From the human T2T-CHM13v2.0 reference genome, Homo sapiens, in NCBI RefSeq assembly GCF_009914755.1, contig NC_060930.1: a stretch of DNA of 64,000 nt; one strand, given 5' to 3'. Positions 29,536-51,826 of the stretch are shown one piece after another. Within the stretch, counting starts at the first letter, position 1. Each line of letters begins with the position of its first letter. The translations under genes were made by a program, and so were the position numbers. The notes below the pieces were generated by a model. The model made no database searches. It saw only the letters and a list, made by a program, of their open reading frames with translations, and was not told the DNA's origin.

Positions 29536-29861
<326 letters not shown>

Positions 29862-30609
29862 TAAATCTTGGGGATATAAATAGAGCCACCCGTGAAGGAC
29901 TGGTGATATGTCTGGGTGACATTGCTTATGGCTTTCTCCACAGGTGTAGGGTGCCAGGGACTGGGGTGGCTTTTGATTCTTCCAGCTGCTCATGTGCACA
30001 GAGGTATAGATGTGAACCCCTTCATGGAGGGACTCAATCTCAAATTGGCCTCGATACCAGAATGAAGAGCACATTCAGTAGAGGCAGAAGGGGCTTGGGC
30101 AGCCTGCTTGTTCTCAACGGGTGTCCTTTCTATAACTGCAGTTGATCTCAGCCATGAAACAGCTGACCACTTAGTTGTCAAGGTACTCTTCACTCAGGTG
30201 GGTATCCTCAGTTGCAGACTTGACTTCAGTAATTCCATCTTGAATACTGAGGATGGACAGATAAAAAATGCCACCCAGGTAAAAGATCAGATCATTAAAT
30301 TTGGCATTAACGTTCTCGTCTAAGCTGAGACCAGCGGCATTTGGCTTGCTGACAGTTCAGAACACAATGAGATCAGTAATGGTTCCACCAACTTTGATGG
30401 CCTGAAGCTGGCAACCATTAAAGTAACTGGTAGTATGAGGATCGTGTAGGTCAGGGGTCATAAAGTAGGTTTCCAGAATTTTCTCCATCTTTTTCAAAAC
30501 CAATGTGGTAGGCAGATTTCTAAGATGCCACCCAAAGACTCCCCACCTCCTGGTGTTCACTTTTGTGTCATCCCCTACCCTCGAGCGTAGGCTCAGTCTA
30601 ATAACTTGC

Positions 30610-31047
<438 letters not shown>

Positions 31048-31160
31048 TAACTTGTTTTTAACAAAGAGAGCACAGCAAAAATCACTTCTGTGATTAGGTT
31101 GCAAAAGACTGTGACTTCTGTTTTACTAGCATTCTCTTCCTGACAGTCTCTCTTGCTCTC

Positions 31161-31582
31161 TGTATTAGTCCAGTCTCTCACTGCTATAAAGAAATACCTG
31201 AGACGGGGTAATTTATAAAGAAAAGAGGCCTAATTGGCTCATGGTTCTGCACTGTTCTACAGGAAGCATGATGCTGGCATGTGCTTGGCTTCTGGGGAAG
31301 CCTCCAGAAACTTACAATCATAGTGGAAGGTGAAGGGAGAGCAGGTACCTTACATGGCAGAAGCGAAGAAGAGCGAACAAGGGGAGATGCAGGTGCTACA
31401 CACTTTTAAACAACCTCACGAGAACTCACTGTCACAAGAACAGCACCAAGGGGATGGTGCCAAACCACTCATGAGAAATCTACCCTGATGATCCAGTCAC
31501 CCCCCCACCAGGACCTACCTCCAACACGGGCATTACCATTCGACACAAGATTTGGGCAGGGATACAGATCTAAACCATATCA
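31161..31582 (-). mobile_element. MSTA/MSTB MaLR solo LTR
   Basis: TGTATTAGTCC...CTGCTATAAAGAAATACCTGAGAC...AAACCATATCA termini; flanks CTCTC and CTCCC. Confidence 0.85.
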
Positions 31583-31842
31583 CTCCCCTACTTGTTCATC
31601 TGATGAAGCACACTGCCATGTTGTGAGATGCTCTATGGAGAAGCTTCTGGACAACAGCTTATGAGGAACTGAGGCCTCAATCTAATAGCCTGAGAGGAAC
31701 CAAATCCAGCCAATAACCACGAGTGAACTAGGAAGTGAATCTCTGAGATGACTGCAGCCTTGTGAGAAACACAGAATCAGAGGACCCAGCTAAGCTGCAC
31801 TGATTCCTGACCCACAAAAACTTAAATAGTAAGTGGTGTTTC

Positions 31843-32128
31843 TTTTTTCTTTTTATTTTTTGAGACAGTCTCACTCTGTCACCCAGGCTGGAGTGCAGTG
31901 GTGCAGTCTCAGCTCAGTCCAACCTCTGCCTCCTGGGTTCAAGTGATTCTCATGCCTCAGCCTCCAGAGTCAGCTACTTGGGACTACAGGTGCATGCCAC
32001 CATGCCCGACTAATTTACGGGGTTTCACCATGTTGGCCAGGCTGGTCTTGAACTCCTGGCCTCATGTGACCTGCCTGCCTTGGCCTACCAAAGTGCTGGG
32101 GTAACAGGCGTGAGCCACCGTGCCCAGC
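31843..32128 (-). mobile_element. Alu nested in the MLT1 LTR
   Basis: TSD agtaagtggtgtttc. Confidence 0.88.
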
Positions 32129-32656
32129 CAGTAAGTGGTGTTTCAGTCCACCAAGTTTTGGGGTAATTTGTTACACAGCAATAGCTAACACAACCACAGG
32201 AAATACCTCAACTGTATAAAGCTTTTAGTATCCCTCCCTTTCCTCCTCTGGATCTTCAGCCTGTGTGCACAGTCGACAACCAGGAAAGTCCAGTGCTTTT
32301 CATGTTTGACCAGACAGTTGGACTGTCAAATCGGTGTCTAATTACACCTTTGTTATCTAAAACTGTGTTGATGGAGTCCACTGAATTTGATTCCTAAACC
32401 ATCACTAATCAATCTTTCTGTGTCAGCTAAAAGCAACATAGCTTGGTTTTCTTGCCGAGTGGTGATGATCTCTACTGTCCTGTGCTGGAAGACACCTACA
32501 GAGGAATAGGTGGTGCCAAGATCAGTGACAACTGCAGATAGCTTTGATGTGGTTTTGCAAGGGGCGGTGTCTAGCTTAGAGGAAAAAAATGTAGACACTA
32601 AAGTGGAACATAGCATTCAATAAGCCATGGTAGGTTTTTGAAATTATAAATCATGT

Positions 32657-32880
32657 ATTTTTTATTTTTATTTTTTTGAGACAGGGTCTCACTCTGTCAC
32701 CTAGACTGGGATGTAGTGGCGTGATCATGGCTCACTGCAGCCTCAAACTCCTGGGCTAAAGCAATCCTCCTGCCTCAACCTCCCAGGGTAGCTGAGACTA
32801 CAGGCACATGCCATTATACCTGGCTAATTTTTTTAAAAAAAAGGTTAGTAGAAATGAGGTCTCATTGTGTTTCCCAGGCT
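32657..32880 (-). mobile_element. AluJ fragment
   Basis: Alu consensus. Confidence 0.82.
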
Positions 32881-33029
32881 AATCACTTATTTTTGATGTG
32901 ATACAAGGTGAATGTGGGGATTGGTAGGAAATATGATTGAAAAACAGAAACAATAGGAAGGACCTTGTATATCAAGCCAGAACACTTGAGGCAATGAGGG
33001 AAACTGGAGGTATTAAAATTAGTTGGAGG

Positions 33030-34089
33030 GAATCAGAAAAGACAATCAGTAGACACTAATATCAAGAGGTATCTGAGGTTAGGTATTATTAGATGATGTT
33101 AGAGCAACCATCATAAAAATGATTCAACAAGCAATTCTGAACACATTTGAAACAAACGAAAAAGCAGGAAGTCTCTGCAAAGAAACAGAAGATACAAATA
33201 AAAAAACATGGAAATTTTAGAACTGAAAAATACAATAAATGAAATAAACTCAATGTTGGGCAGCAGAACGAATGTAACAGAGGAAGGAATCAATCAACTA
33301 GAAGATGAAACAAAGGACATTACCCAATCTTAACAGAGACAAAATATACTGGAAAAGAAGTGAACAGAGCCTCAAAGACCTTGTGAAATGATAATAAAAG
33401 ATAAAATGTAGATGTCATAGAATTATGGCAGATTTCCGTCAGAAACCATGGAGGTCAGAAGGAAGTGGCATGGCATTTTTCAGGTGCTGAAAGAAAGAAA
33501 ACTGTCTACCTAGAATCCTATTTCTAGGAAAATATCCTTCAAGAATGAAGAGAAAATTAATACACTCTCAGATGAAGACAAACTAAGAGAATTTGTCTCA
33601 CTAGACTTACCTTAAAAGAATGGCTAAATAAAGTTCTTGAAAAAAAAAAACAGTAAAAGAAATCTTAGAAGATCAGAAGGAGAAAAGAACAGAAAGAATA
33701 AAAACATGGGCACATACAACAGACTTTGCTTTTCTTAGTTTTCTAAATTATGTTTGATGGTTGAAGCAAAAATTATAACATTATCTGATGAAGTTTTCTA
33801 TGTCTGCAGAAGAATAGTTAAGAAAATTATAAATACGGAAGGGTAAAGGAATATAAAAGAAATAAGAATTCTTTTTTTTTTTCTGCATCCAATCATCCAT
33901 TAGGGAAATAAAGATTCTATACTTCATTTAATCTGCAAGATGTTGAAATCAGTAGATTGTAATAAGTTATATACGTAAGATGTAATAACCAGAGCAACTA
34001 CTAAATATCTATGCAACGAGATATATTAAAAAGTAACATCAAAATGAAATACCAAAAAATTGTTTCAGTAACCACAGGAAGACAGGAAC

Positions 34090-34090
<1 letters not shown>
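33030..34090 (+). mobile_element. Old L1M 5'/ORF1 region
   Basis: A-rich ORF1-like sequence (ggaaattttagaactgaaaaatacaata, agaaaccatggaggtcagaaggaagtgg, tcagatgaagacaaactaagagaattt). Confidence 0.75.
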
Positions 34091-35285
<1,195 letters not shown>

Positions 35286-35845
35286 TAATACACGTCTCTT
35301 TTCCCGACTTTGCTTCTGCCCTTCTAAATGCCTGCATGACGGAGCTAATTGGATATCTTGTTGCTACTCTAATCTCAGCATATCTTAGATTTAGTCTGTC
35401 ACCTCCCCTCTCTGACCTCTCATTATTGTTTTTCCACCTTTCTACTTGTCACCTCCAGGCAAACATCAGTCATCCTTTATTCTTTCTTCTCCATGGCCTC
35501 TTATTACCCATCACTTGATTTGTCTTACATGATTCTTTCTTAAATTTATTTCTATTCTCACTGTCACCATGACAGATCAGGAGCAGTCATGAACTCTTGC
35601 TTGAAACTTGACAAGAACTTACTGATGGACCATTAGGCTTCCAAACTCTCATCTTATTCACCAACCTTATCTAGTCTGTAGAGCTAATATCAGAAGATCC
35701 TTTGACACAAAAAATTGAAGTGACTGTACAGAGGACAAGAAGGGGAAATATAAAGAGATTTGAATGGAAGTCAAACAAGATATTTCTCTGCAAGCAGTTA
35801 AACATATTCAACTTATAGGCGACAACGTGTCTTTTTCTCTCATTA

Positions 35846-35986
<141 letters not shown>

Positions 35987-36076
35987 TTAAAAAGGAAAAT
36001 TATAACTTTTTATTTGTCTTGAATTAAAAATCATTGTTTCTATTGTATTTAATATTTACATAGTGCTTTATGAAAA

Positions 36077-38276
<2,200 letters not shown>

Positions 38277-39831
38277 GTAACACATACATACCTGTTCACG
38301 ATAAAAAAAAAAAGGAAAATATCCTAGAGAAGGATTCAGAAAAATGGTAGGCTCTCTTATGCTACCACACTACTTAAATCCTTTATTCTCCCCAAGGACA
38401 GGCCTGTAGAGACACTTTGCTGTGTACTTCCAGATCTTTCTGTATTCATACATGCATGTGTGTGCAAGCAAACACATGTACATGTGTATGCATATAAAGA
38501 TAAACATGAATATTTTTATTTGCTTACACAAATGGGATCATACCCTATATAAATTTAGATTTAGTTTTTTTAATCTAGTATTATCTGCCATGTTTATTTT
38601 CACAGATGTATCACATTCCTTATATTAACAAATAAGCATTTTTATTGTACAGGTAAGGAAACAGGATAGTAAAAGTAAGCCTTTATAGAAACTATTCACA
38701 AACCTACGTATATTTAGTCCTAACTATTCAGTTTGGATATTATAATTCACTACATCAATTTCTGCTTGCATGACCAAGAGAACAGGAGAGAAGAATCTCT
38801 CTACCCTACTTCTCAGAGAATTTGAGGCTTCAGATATGCTGCAGGATGCTCCTGATGGATGGGTTTTTAAGTTTTGTTGGTACCCTGAACTATAGGTCCT
38901 GAGCTATGAGAGATACACAGACAATGAAACACTGTATCACTTCTCTCCAGGCAGAGCATCTAAGGAGAATATGGAAAAACAAGTCTTAGGTGAACATTTG
39001 CAGTGAGCTCTGGTAACTCATTCCACATGCTAGAAGGGATAAACTGGACAATGCTGCCTGTGAGAAAAACACCAACATCCGGGATGTTTCATTCCGTAAA
39101 TCCTGGGACAACTACAAGAATAATAAAAGCTGAAAACCTTTCCAGATACTTATTTAAAATGATTCATCAGTTTTTAGACATAGTTATTCCCATTTTAACA
39201 TCTCGAGGCATCTTAAAATTAATGGTGTCTGACAGGTGGCACTTGAGACTTACTTGTCTTTGCCTTAAATAATTTATTTTCTTATGCTTTCCTTTTCATA
39301 TATGCCCAAGAGGGAATGTGATATAATTTATATCCAGCTAAGATTAAAAGATATTTCAGTAAGTGTAAAATTTTAATCCTCTGATAAAAAAAGTATTGTC
39401 ATAGTTTAACTGGCAGCAGTTTTTCTCTCCAGTGGCATCTTGGTGTCTCAGATTCAAAGAAACTTTTCTGTAGCAATTAAGCCTATTTAGCATTATGATG
39501 CAGTGATATATTTTTACAGAGAATTCCCATTAACCAAATTCAGGAATATGTCTTTCTACCTTCAAAGAACACCTACTGTGCTCCTTAATGTGGGTTTAAT
39601 GTAGATGAATCGTGATCTCTTTTGCACATGCGTGATTTCTTTCAGTACAGTCTTAACACAGCCCAACTACTTCTAATGGGTAAGAGTTCTCCCTGCTTAT
39701 AATCAATGAAATGAAAACAGCTACAGTTCCCATAAACGTGTAAATGTTTGCTCTTCACCACAGAACTATGGGAATGTTTTCTTGAGATTGTTAAATATAT
39801 GAAATATTTTATTTAGAGAGAAAACTTTTAC

Positions 39832-39908
39832 CTTAGAGCAAAGAGTTCACCGATTTTCTGCATAACTTCTTCATGAGATAGTTTCACTTTCTTCCCAGCT
39901 TTTAAAGC
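39832..39908 (-). CDS. RMND1: RMND1 exon 9 (ALKAGKKVKLSHEEVMQKIGELFALR)
   Basis: 77 nt; acceptor AACTAG|GCT, donor AAG|GTAAAA. Confidence 0.96.
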
Positions 39909-40421
39909 CTAGTTGAGAGGGAATCGGAAAAACCAAAAAACCATGTATCTCTCTTTCTAATAAGCATTAGGTCAACAGGGCAAAATCTGAAGCGGCATAA
40001 TTTGGATCCTATGTAAATATTTTTTAGGATGGCTGTCTCCCAGATTAATGTCTTAACTCACCTTGAAATTTCATAATTTTATTAGGTAGAAATTGTATAT
40101 TCTCTTTTTTCATTTCCCTTCTCATCAGCATTTTCAATGATATATACATTCCTAATCTCTTAGTAGAAAAGCAGGGCCTCCTTTCCGAAGTATAATTAGA
40201 TTACTCTTTCACAATAAAGACACAGTTAATTACAATATGATGATTTTTAATGTATACTGAAATTTCAATATAACTTTATATGTATTTTTCATACCACTAT
40301 TTTTCTCATAATTTAGCAAAACACTTTCTTAAATCAGGAAAAGTGGTCATAATTTCCATTCTCAGAGATAAACATTTCACTTTTTTCTTTAATTCAGTTA
40401 CATTAAAAATACTGCAACTGA

Positions 40422-40560
40422 CGGGCATGGTGGCTCGTGGCCTGTAATGCTAGAACTTTGGGAGGCCGAGGCAGGAGGATCGCTTGAGCCCAGGAGTTCA
40501 AGACCAGCCTGGGCAACATGGCCAGACCCCATTTCAATTATATTAATATTAAAAAAAAAA
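40422..40560 (+). mobile_element. FLAM/Alu left monomer
   Basis: TSD aaaaatactgca. Confidence 0.85.
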
Positions 40561-40712
40561 TACTGCACCAACAGAGGAAACAATTTGAAGTTTTAAAAAG
40601 TAAAAAGTAATCAATATGAAGTTTCTTAATTTGTCATTTTATATGTAACTGGGAGTTCTTAAGTTTACTGTAGTTTTCTTATTGTTTGTAATAATGTTGT
40701 TGTACTCCTAAA

Positions 40713-41048
40713 CAATCGGCCCTCTATAAGTTCTGCAACTGCAGATTCAACCAACTGCAAATTGACAGTATTTTGAGAAAAAAGAATGGTTGCATCTGTA
40801 CCGAACATGTACAAACTGTTTTTTCTTGTTATTATTTCCTAAATAATACAGTATAACAACTATTTACATAGTATTTACATTATATTAGGTATTTTAGGTA
40901 ATCTAGAGATGGTTGAAAGTATACATGAGGATATGCATAGGTTATATGCAAATATATACCATTTTATATCAGGGATTTGGACACTGGTAGATTCTGGTAT
41001 CCAGTGGGGTCTTGGAACAAATCTCCCATGGATACTGATGGATAGCTA
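40713..41048. mobile_element. MER2 (TcMar-Tigger) element
   Basis: caatcggccctct...aaataatacagtataacaactatttacatag...ggttatatgcaaat...ccatggatactga. Confidence 0.85.
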
Positions 41049-41094
41049 TATATTGTTATATTGGGAAATTCATATTTTTTCCATATAAAAATCA

Positions 41095-41223
<129 letters not shown>

Positions 41224-42088
41224 TTATCATCATATTCACATGTATATAAAATACATAATTGCACAGCATCTTCACTACTATTTCAGTAATAGTTTAAGAA
41301 AAAGTACTAAAACCTTGAAAATATAATTTAAGAATAGTTAATTATCATAAAGGACAGAATTAAAGTGGATAGAGGAAACTGAATCGCTTTCCATGCCCTA
41401 TTGGAAGACCAAAGCTACATTTAGTAGAACTCTTGATTTTCTAGTATTACATCTTGGAAACTGAGGAGGGTAGGGTACACCTTGATACCATGGGTAGCTC
41501 TGCAGATAGGGCGCGACTAAGACTTTCCTGGCCTCCCCTTCACTCCTCAGGACTAAGAGTAAACCTCAGAAATCTCCGAAGCCCCTCAGAGTGGGATGGA
41601 CAGGACGCTGCAGCAGCCACCTAAGGTAGACTGCTGGCAAAAGAAATTCTTAAAGAACTTGTATAGTTTTATTCGGGATGTGGATCTTTCAGAACAAACT
41701 TATAGCCACTGTGACTCTGGGTCCCATTCCTATGAAACACTAGAGTATGTTTTTCTACACTGGGACCTGTGCCCAGTCACACAAGGCTGGGCTTCTCTGT
41801 CTGGATTAGAGACTATCTAAGAATAACAATCGCATAGAGAGAAGAGAAAAAAACAAAGGCTAATATAATCATCATCTAAAAAATACTTTTGGAGAGGTTA
41901 AGCTTTATTAATACAATTAATAAGGAATGAGTAACTTCAGCACAGTACTATCTTTTATACTAGATATTTTTTCTGATGGAGGGAAAAAAAGGAAAAGGAA
42001 TGCTAAGGCTTTGTTGAGTATTCTGAAAATATACCAAAATCGTGACTATTTAAACTTCCCTCAGTGAAATGACAACTGTAGTACCCTA

Positions 42089-42385
<297 letters not shown>

Positions 42386-42402
42386 TTATCCTAAGGAAAT
42401 AA

Positions 42403-43074
<672 letters not shown>

Positions 43075-43664
43075 TTAAGAGTAAAAAATTAGGAAATAAA
43101 CCAAATGTTCAGTAGGGGTTGGCTCAGTAATAGTCACTCCACACAAGAAAAACTTAAAAGTGTGTTTTGGAAGGATAGTTAATAAAAAGGAGAACGTTCA
43201 CAGTAAATTTCTATGTGAAAAAATGCTGCATATAAAACTATATATGGAGTGTAATCTAAAATCACACTGACATGATGGGGTTGGGGAGGGAGGCAAGGAA
43301 GTTGTGAAAAATGAGTATGTGACTGTGGAGAATCCTAGACAGGGGACGGGGAAGAGCGGAATGTGTGAATATAAACATCACAAGCAAATGGAAAAAAGAC
43401 AGGGTAAACCTTCACAAAAGATGTCAGACAAGAAGTGACGGCCAAAGGGAGGGGGACAAGGGGCCTGATGGAGGGCTGAGAGGCGGCATCTGCTATGACA
43501 GCCTCAGATGGAGGAAGGAAAGCAAAGACAGCAGTCACAAGAGGTCTTTTTTTTTGAGACGGAGTCTTGCTCTGTCACCCAGACTGGAGTGTAGTGGCGT
43601 GATCTTCGCTCACTGCAACCTCCGCCTCCTGGGTTCCAGCGATTCTCCTGCCTCAGCCTCCTGA

Positions 43665-43850
<186 letters not shown>

Positions 43851-44020
43851 TGAGTAAACTGGGCCCATGCCACAGAGCTGAGCAGATCCCTGGAATCATG
43901 GCAGAACTCACATAATAACCATGTAGGTGGCAGCCAGGACAGTCTTTCTGACGAAACAAAATAACTGACTCTGGGATCCTAAGCACTGAGGATTTTACTC
44001 CTCACAGACTGTACAGTAAC

Positions 44021-44062
44021 GTGTGTGTGTGTGTGTGGATAAGCGTACACACACACACACAC
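44021..44062. repeat. (GT)8-N10-(AC)8 inverted microsatellite
   Basis: Read directly. Confidence 0.9.
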
Positions 44063-44091
44063 AAGGGTCTAGCAGTAGTTGGATATGGAAG

Positions 44092-44147
44092 TATTTGGTT
44101 GGTGCAAAAGTAATCGCGGTTTTTGCCATTTTAATGTAAACCTAATA
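44092..44147. mobile_element. MADE1 (Hsmar1-derived MITE) with one arm deleted
   Basis: TATTTGGTTGGTGCAAAAGTAATCGCGGTTTTTGCCATT then a remnant right end AACCTAATA. Confidence 0.85.
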
Positions 44148-45361
44148 GAACACAGAAAGGGGATTCACAGGAGCTGTATCTGCAGGCCAAGGGCTGAGTA
44201 ACTACTAAAGATAATAAAACTACAGGCTGCTCATTTGCTGTCTCTCTCAGGTTTATATCCTTACCTCTGACTGCAGCCACCACTGGGCTCAGGCTGACTC
44301 ACAGTCAGGTGCCCTTTGGCAAGACAGGATTCAATAAATCTCATCGGAAAGCCAGTTAGCTGCAATTATAGGGTTTTCCCCAGGATTAAATGAAATAATA
44401 CATGGAAGGCACTTACTTAGAAAACCGTGACTGGCCCTATTGGTGGTGAGCGCTGATTACTCAGCTCTTATCCCCATCTGGTCTTTCTATAGCTAGTCTC
44501 TGTCTCTCTTCCAAGTCTTCCCAAAGCTCTGCTTTTAACGCTTTTTTTTTTTTTTTGAGACAGAGTCTCACTCTGTTGCACAGGCTGGAGTGCAGTGGTG
44601 CGATCTCAGGTCATGGCAACCTCTGCCTCCCAGGTTCAAGCAATTCTCTGCCTCCGCCTCCGCCTCCCAAGTAGCTGGGATCACAGACACTCGCCACTAT
44701 GCCCGTGTAATTTTTGTATTTTTAGTAGAGATGGGGTTTCGCCATGTTGGCCAAGCTGTCTTGAACTCCTGACTCAGTTGATCCTCCCACCCTGGCCTCC
44801 CAAAGTGCTGAGATTACAGGTGTGAGCCACCAAATCTGGCTAACACTACCTTTCTTAAGAACCTGCAAAGACTCATATTTCACTAGACAGGTAACTCCAT
44901 GAGGAAAAAGACACTACCATCTTGTTCATACTGCCTCTGTCTCGGCCCTAACATCTCTTCATTTTTTCCCTCTGGCTGAGTCAGGAAAATCAGCTAGTCT
45001 GTTGCCTACCCATTTATCTTAGTGAAACTGGTACACCAGGTCCCACTTCTTCCAGCACCCACACTTCTACAAGTGGGTCTCTTAGATTGACCCCTCACTA
45101 TACTTCCTTTTCATACCCCCACCCCCCAAAATCAATAGGAAAAAACTGGATTAAGAGAAAAATTTACTGGAATAATTTGATAGGTTCATTTGATAAATGC
45201 ATACTATTTTATTGGATTAGGCTGATTAGAAACTTAACATTTCCATTTTGGGGCTATACTACTGACTTGTTTTAACTTGTGGATAGCCTGAGAAGTTCAA
45301 AAAATTATGTTTATCTTCTAATATTTATTATATGGTTTAGACTTTGTATTTGTACCAGTAA

Positions 45362-46072
<711 letters not shown>

Positions 46073-46075
46073 TTA

Positions 46076-46177
<102 letters not shown>

Positions 46178-46478
46178 CTAGAAGAAAAGGAAGATTAATC
46201 TGAAATCATAACTGACTCCCTCAGTTCAAGTATGTTATGATTTTAATGCTTATAACAGTCTTCATTACACTTACAGGCATTATTTCTGTTGCATGTTTTT
46301 AAGGAAAAGGCAAATCAAATCCATTGTGATATTAAAGTAATCAGGATGACATGTTCATTTGTTTTTACATTTGGAAAACACAGATGAGAATGGAGAAGAA
46401 AATCAAGGTTATCATTATCCCACAACCCAAGGAAAATCACTAGTAATATTATAATTTGTATTCTTTAAATCTCTTTAA

Positions 46479-48031
<1,553 letters not shown>

Positions 48032-48733
48032 TAATGTAACTGTATTATATATATAGGCAATCTCCCAGAAATAGATATTTTTTTACATGATTTCTAAGGG
48101 GATCTATAGTATATCTGTAGTATATGGATGTATTTAACAAACTATTATTGTGTATTTTGGTAATTTCTAATTTTTGCCATTATAAATATTGCTCTGATGA
48201 ACATTTTTGTACAAAAATCATCATGAATAGTTATGATTATTTCCTTTGGATAAATTTCTAGGTGTAAAATTACTGGGTTAAATATAAAGCTTTAATGTAG
48301 ATTACCAATTTGCCTCTAAAATGGTTGTATTAAACAAATCTTGATTTGGATCTTGAAAAAATTATTTCCCATGAGTAGTAAGTTCTAGACAACTTGACTT
48401 AAAAGAACACTCAATGCAACCAGCTTCCAATTAACTGCATACATTTTGTATAGTACAACATGCAAAGTCTACAGTACTTCTGTCTGCAGTATAGTTAGGA
48501 TGGTTCTGATTCTCCACAAATTAGTGTGTGTCTAGAGAAAGGAAAAAGCAGGAAATCTTAACCCAAAATACAATATATTTTGGAAGATGAAACTGATAAG
48601 TATCATGTAATGCAGAGCAAATAAGTTGTGCATAATCTATTAATTTCCCTTCTAATGTTTCAGTATGTGCTAATTAACAATTCATTCTCACAAAACTAAA
48701 TTTTTATATTTTCACATTTTTATTTACACTTAC

Positions 48734-48773
48734 AGTTTTGTCTTTCACATTCCAAAACACAGCAGCTCCTTCC
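48734..48773 (-). CDS. RMND1: RMND1 exon 5 (EGAAVFWNVKDKT)
   Basis: 40 nt; acceptor ATCAG|GGA, donor ACT|GTAAGT. Confidence 0.95.
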
Positions 48774-50189
48774 CTGATTTAAAAAAATAAAAGAAACAAC
48801 TAAGATACAGATGGAATACATTCTTTAGGGTCGTATATAAAACCATGTAACTTCTAGAATGTATACAGGATGCGATTTTTCAAAATATGATGGTACTTAC
48901 TAATTTGATATTATGGTCCTTAGGTGAACTTCCTACAATAAGAGCTAAAATAAAATTCTTGATAAAACCTGACCTCCTCAAAATTTATGATTTCTCACAT
49001 GGTTTGCCAAACAAATAGCCATTATTGTAATACTATATAACTTCACGTATGTAGACTCTTTCATACCTGGTTCAATTCTGATCCACAGAAATCAGAATAA
49101 GGAAATTTTTTGAGACCTTGTCTTAGCTCTCATTAGGCAGACTCTACTATGTGCAAGGAATAAAGGGCTATGCCTGGATTTTTGTGGAATAAAGAGATGG
49201 TGGTTAATTTAAGCATCAGATGGTTAAAGGCCTCTATGGAATAATGCTCCCCACGCTCACAGTGCTTGGAACAGAACTACAGTGACACCACAGGAGGCCC
49301 TCTGAATCCGATTATGGCTTTAACATTATTTAGGGTCTAAAACTACGAATGCATTTGTTTTGATTTCTGAAGTTTGACGTGTTGAAGCTGTTTCAGGTAG
49401 TAAATAAAAACAGGAGCTATAGCTCAGGGTCAGTGCACTGGAGGAAGGAAAGGAGGAAATAAAAGAAAGGTAAAAATATTAATGGCTCCACGTTATTCTT
49501 GAAACATTTCTAAAGTACTTAGTATATGTGTGGGTCCATGCTTAGTATTTGTGATAGAAACATAAGTATGATTTCATTCCTATCCTCAATCTAGAAAAGA
49601 CTGGGACTGACACTTAGACCACCAATTACAATAGTGTGTGATCAGTGCTACAAGAGTATGCAGAGTATACCATGAGATGTACACCAGAGGGACCCCTTTG
49701 CTAAAGGACTAGCAGAGGCAGCCAAATGAGAAAACAAGAGGAGACAACATAGCAGAGGGGACACACAGGCTCAGAGAGGAGGTGGGACGGAGCAGAGCAG
49801 CATCTCAGAATAAACAGCCAGTAGCTGCGTGGCTGCAGATGTGGTCAAGCAGTGGGCAAGCAGGATAAAGAGGCAAGCAGGGGACAATCCAGAAGGGAAC
49901 TTTATGCAGTGATAGAGAATTTGTTCATAGTCCGTGGAAATTTAGGCAGGAGAGTGTAGTGGTCAGAAATGGCCACTGAAGAATGACCCTGCTTACAATA
50001 GACAAACAGACTGGTGGTGGGTGAGCAGGCAGGCAGGGAGACAATAAGCTGTTACAATAGGCAGGGATAAGGTTTCAGGATACGGATTTGAGAGGTATTT
50101 CAAGCCACAGCCACAGTATCAGTTCAGAGAATCCCTTCCAGGCAGAAGAGAGGTCTGGTGAACTGCATATTCCTCCAACCAGAGGAATG

Positions 50190-50866
<677 letters not shown>

Positions 50867-51750
50867 ATGTAGAGTCCCTCAGAAATCTAAATTCCTCACT
50901 CGGAACAACAGGGATGCTATTACTCTACTTCAATTAAATGTTGGAATCTTGATTCTCTCTAAAGATGGGGTCAAAAGGAAGGTAGGCATTGAAAGGAAAA
51001 AAGAACTTCCACTTATCATCAACTATAAGGATTATGACCACAAGAACTTTACTCAACTTTGGATTCCTACAGATGGTCCATGTGTTTCTGTTCTGTCACG
51101 TATTAGTCTCATGACTATGGGTAACTCAATCCCTATGACCCTCAGTTTCCTCAGGTGCAAAATAGACCTTCATCGGTGTGCTGAGGATAAATGAGATTAT
51201 TTCACACGGTTCTATCATGTTATCATTCCCAGGCAGCTACTGTGGAGTATTTAGTATTGAGTCGGCCTTTAGATAAAAGGAATAAGTGTGTATGTGAGTC
51301 TCCTAGTCTAAAACCTCTGGAGAGGTAAGCTAAAACTTTAAAGAGCTACCAAAGGGGAAGGGAGAAAAAAAAGAAAATGGCAAGAAGAGACAGCAGGGAG
51401 GTAGCGGGAGTTTCCCTGGGGCAGGAGTCTGACAAGGGGCACTAAAGATGAATGGGAAATTGGCTGCTTTCCAGAAATTTAGTCCATGAAAATCCGAATT
51501 TACAAAGAAAGACACCCCGGGGAAGATCATTCACTTGTTTGAAATATTCTTTACTTTATAAGAGGGTTTACCAGAGAATTCCTAAAAGTGACAAACTCTC
51601 CTAGATTAAATAAGAATTAAATGATAAATTTAAATCACAAATACATTTTGAACACATTTACTGTTAAGAAAGGTATGCCTGCACCTTTAAAGACCACAAT
51701 TACTTGACCCAAACCCATCATCACCTAATGGGGCTTCTTTCCTGTCTTAC

Positions 51751-51826
51751 CTGAAGAAGAATATTGTTCCAGGATCACCTTCTTTTGCAGAATTTTCCAC
51801 ACCCATCACCAAAATATTTGCTGCAT
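51751..51826 (-). CDS. RMND1: RMND1 exon 4 (DAANILVMGVENSAKEGDPGTIFFFR)
   Basis: 76 nt; acceptor CACAG|ATG, donor CAG|GTAAGA; phases fit exons 3 and 5. Confidence 0.96.

Noticed and set aside
32353-32616. 87-aa HSP70-like ORF as a functional microprotein
   Set aside because: Ancestral ATG lost, conserved residues changed, and a deletion plus frameshift within the ORF; treated as a pseudogene remnant
38472-38487. 16-bp palindrome ACACATGTACATGTGT
   Set aside because: Lies in a low-complexity CA/TG/TA tract where palindromes arise easily; poor p53 match
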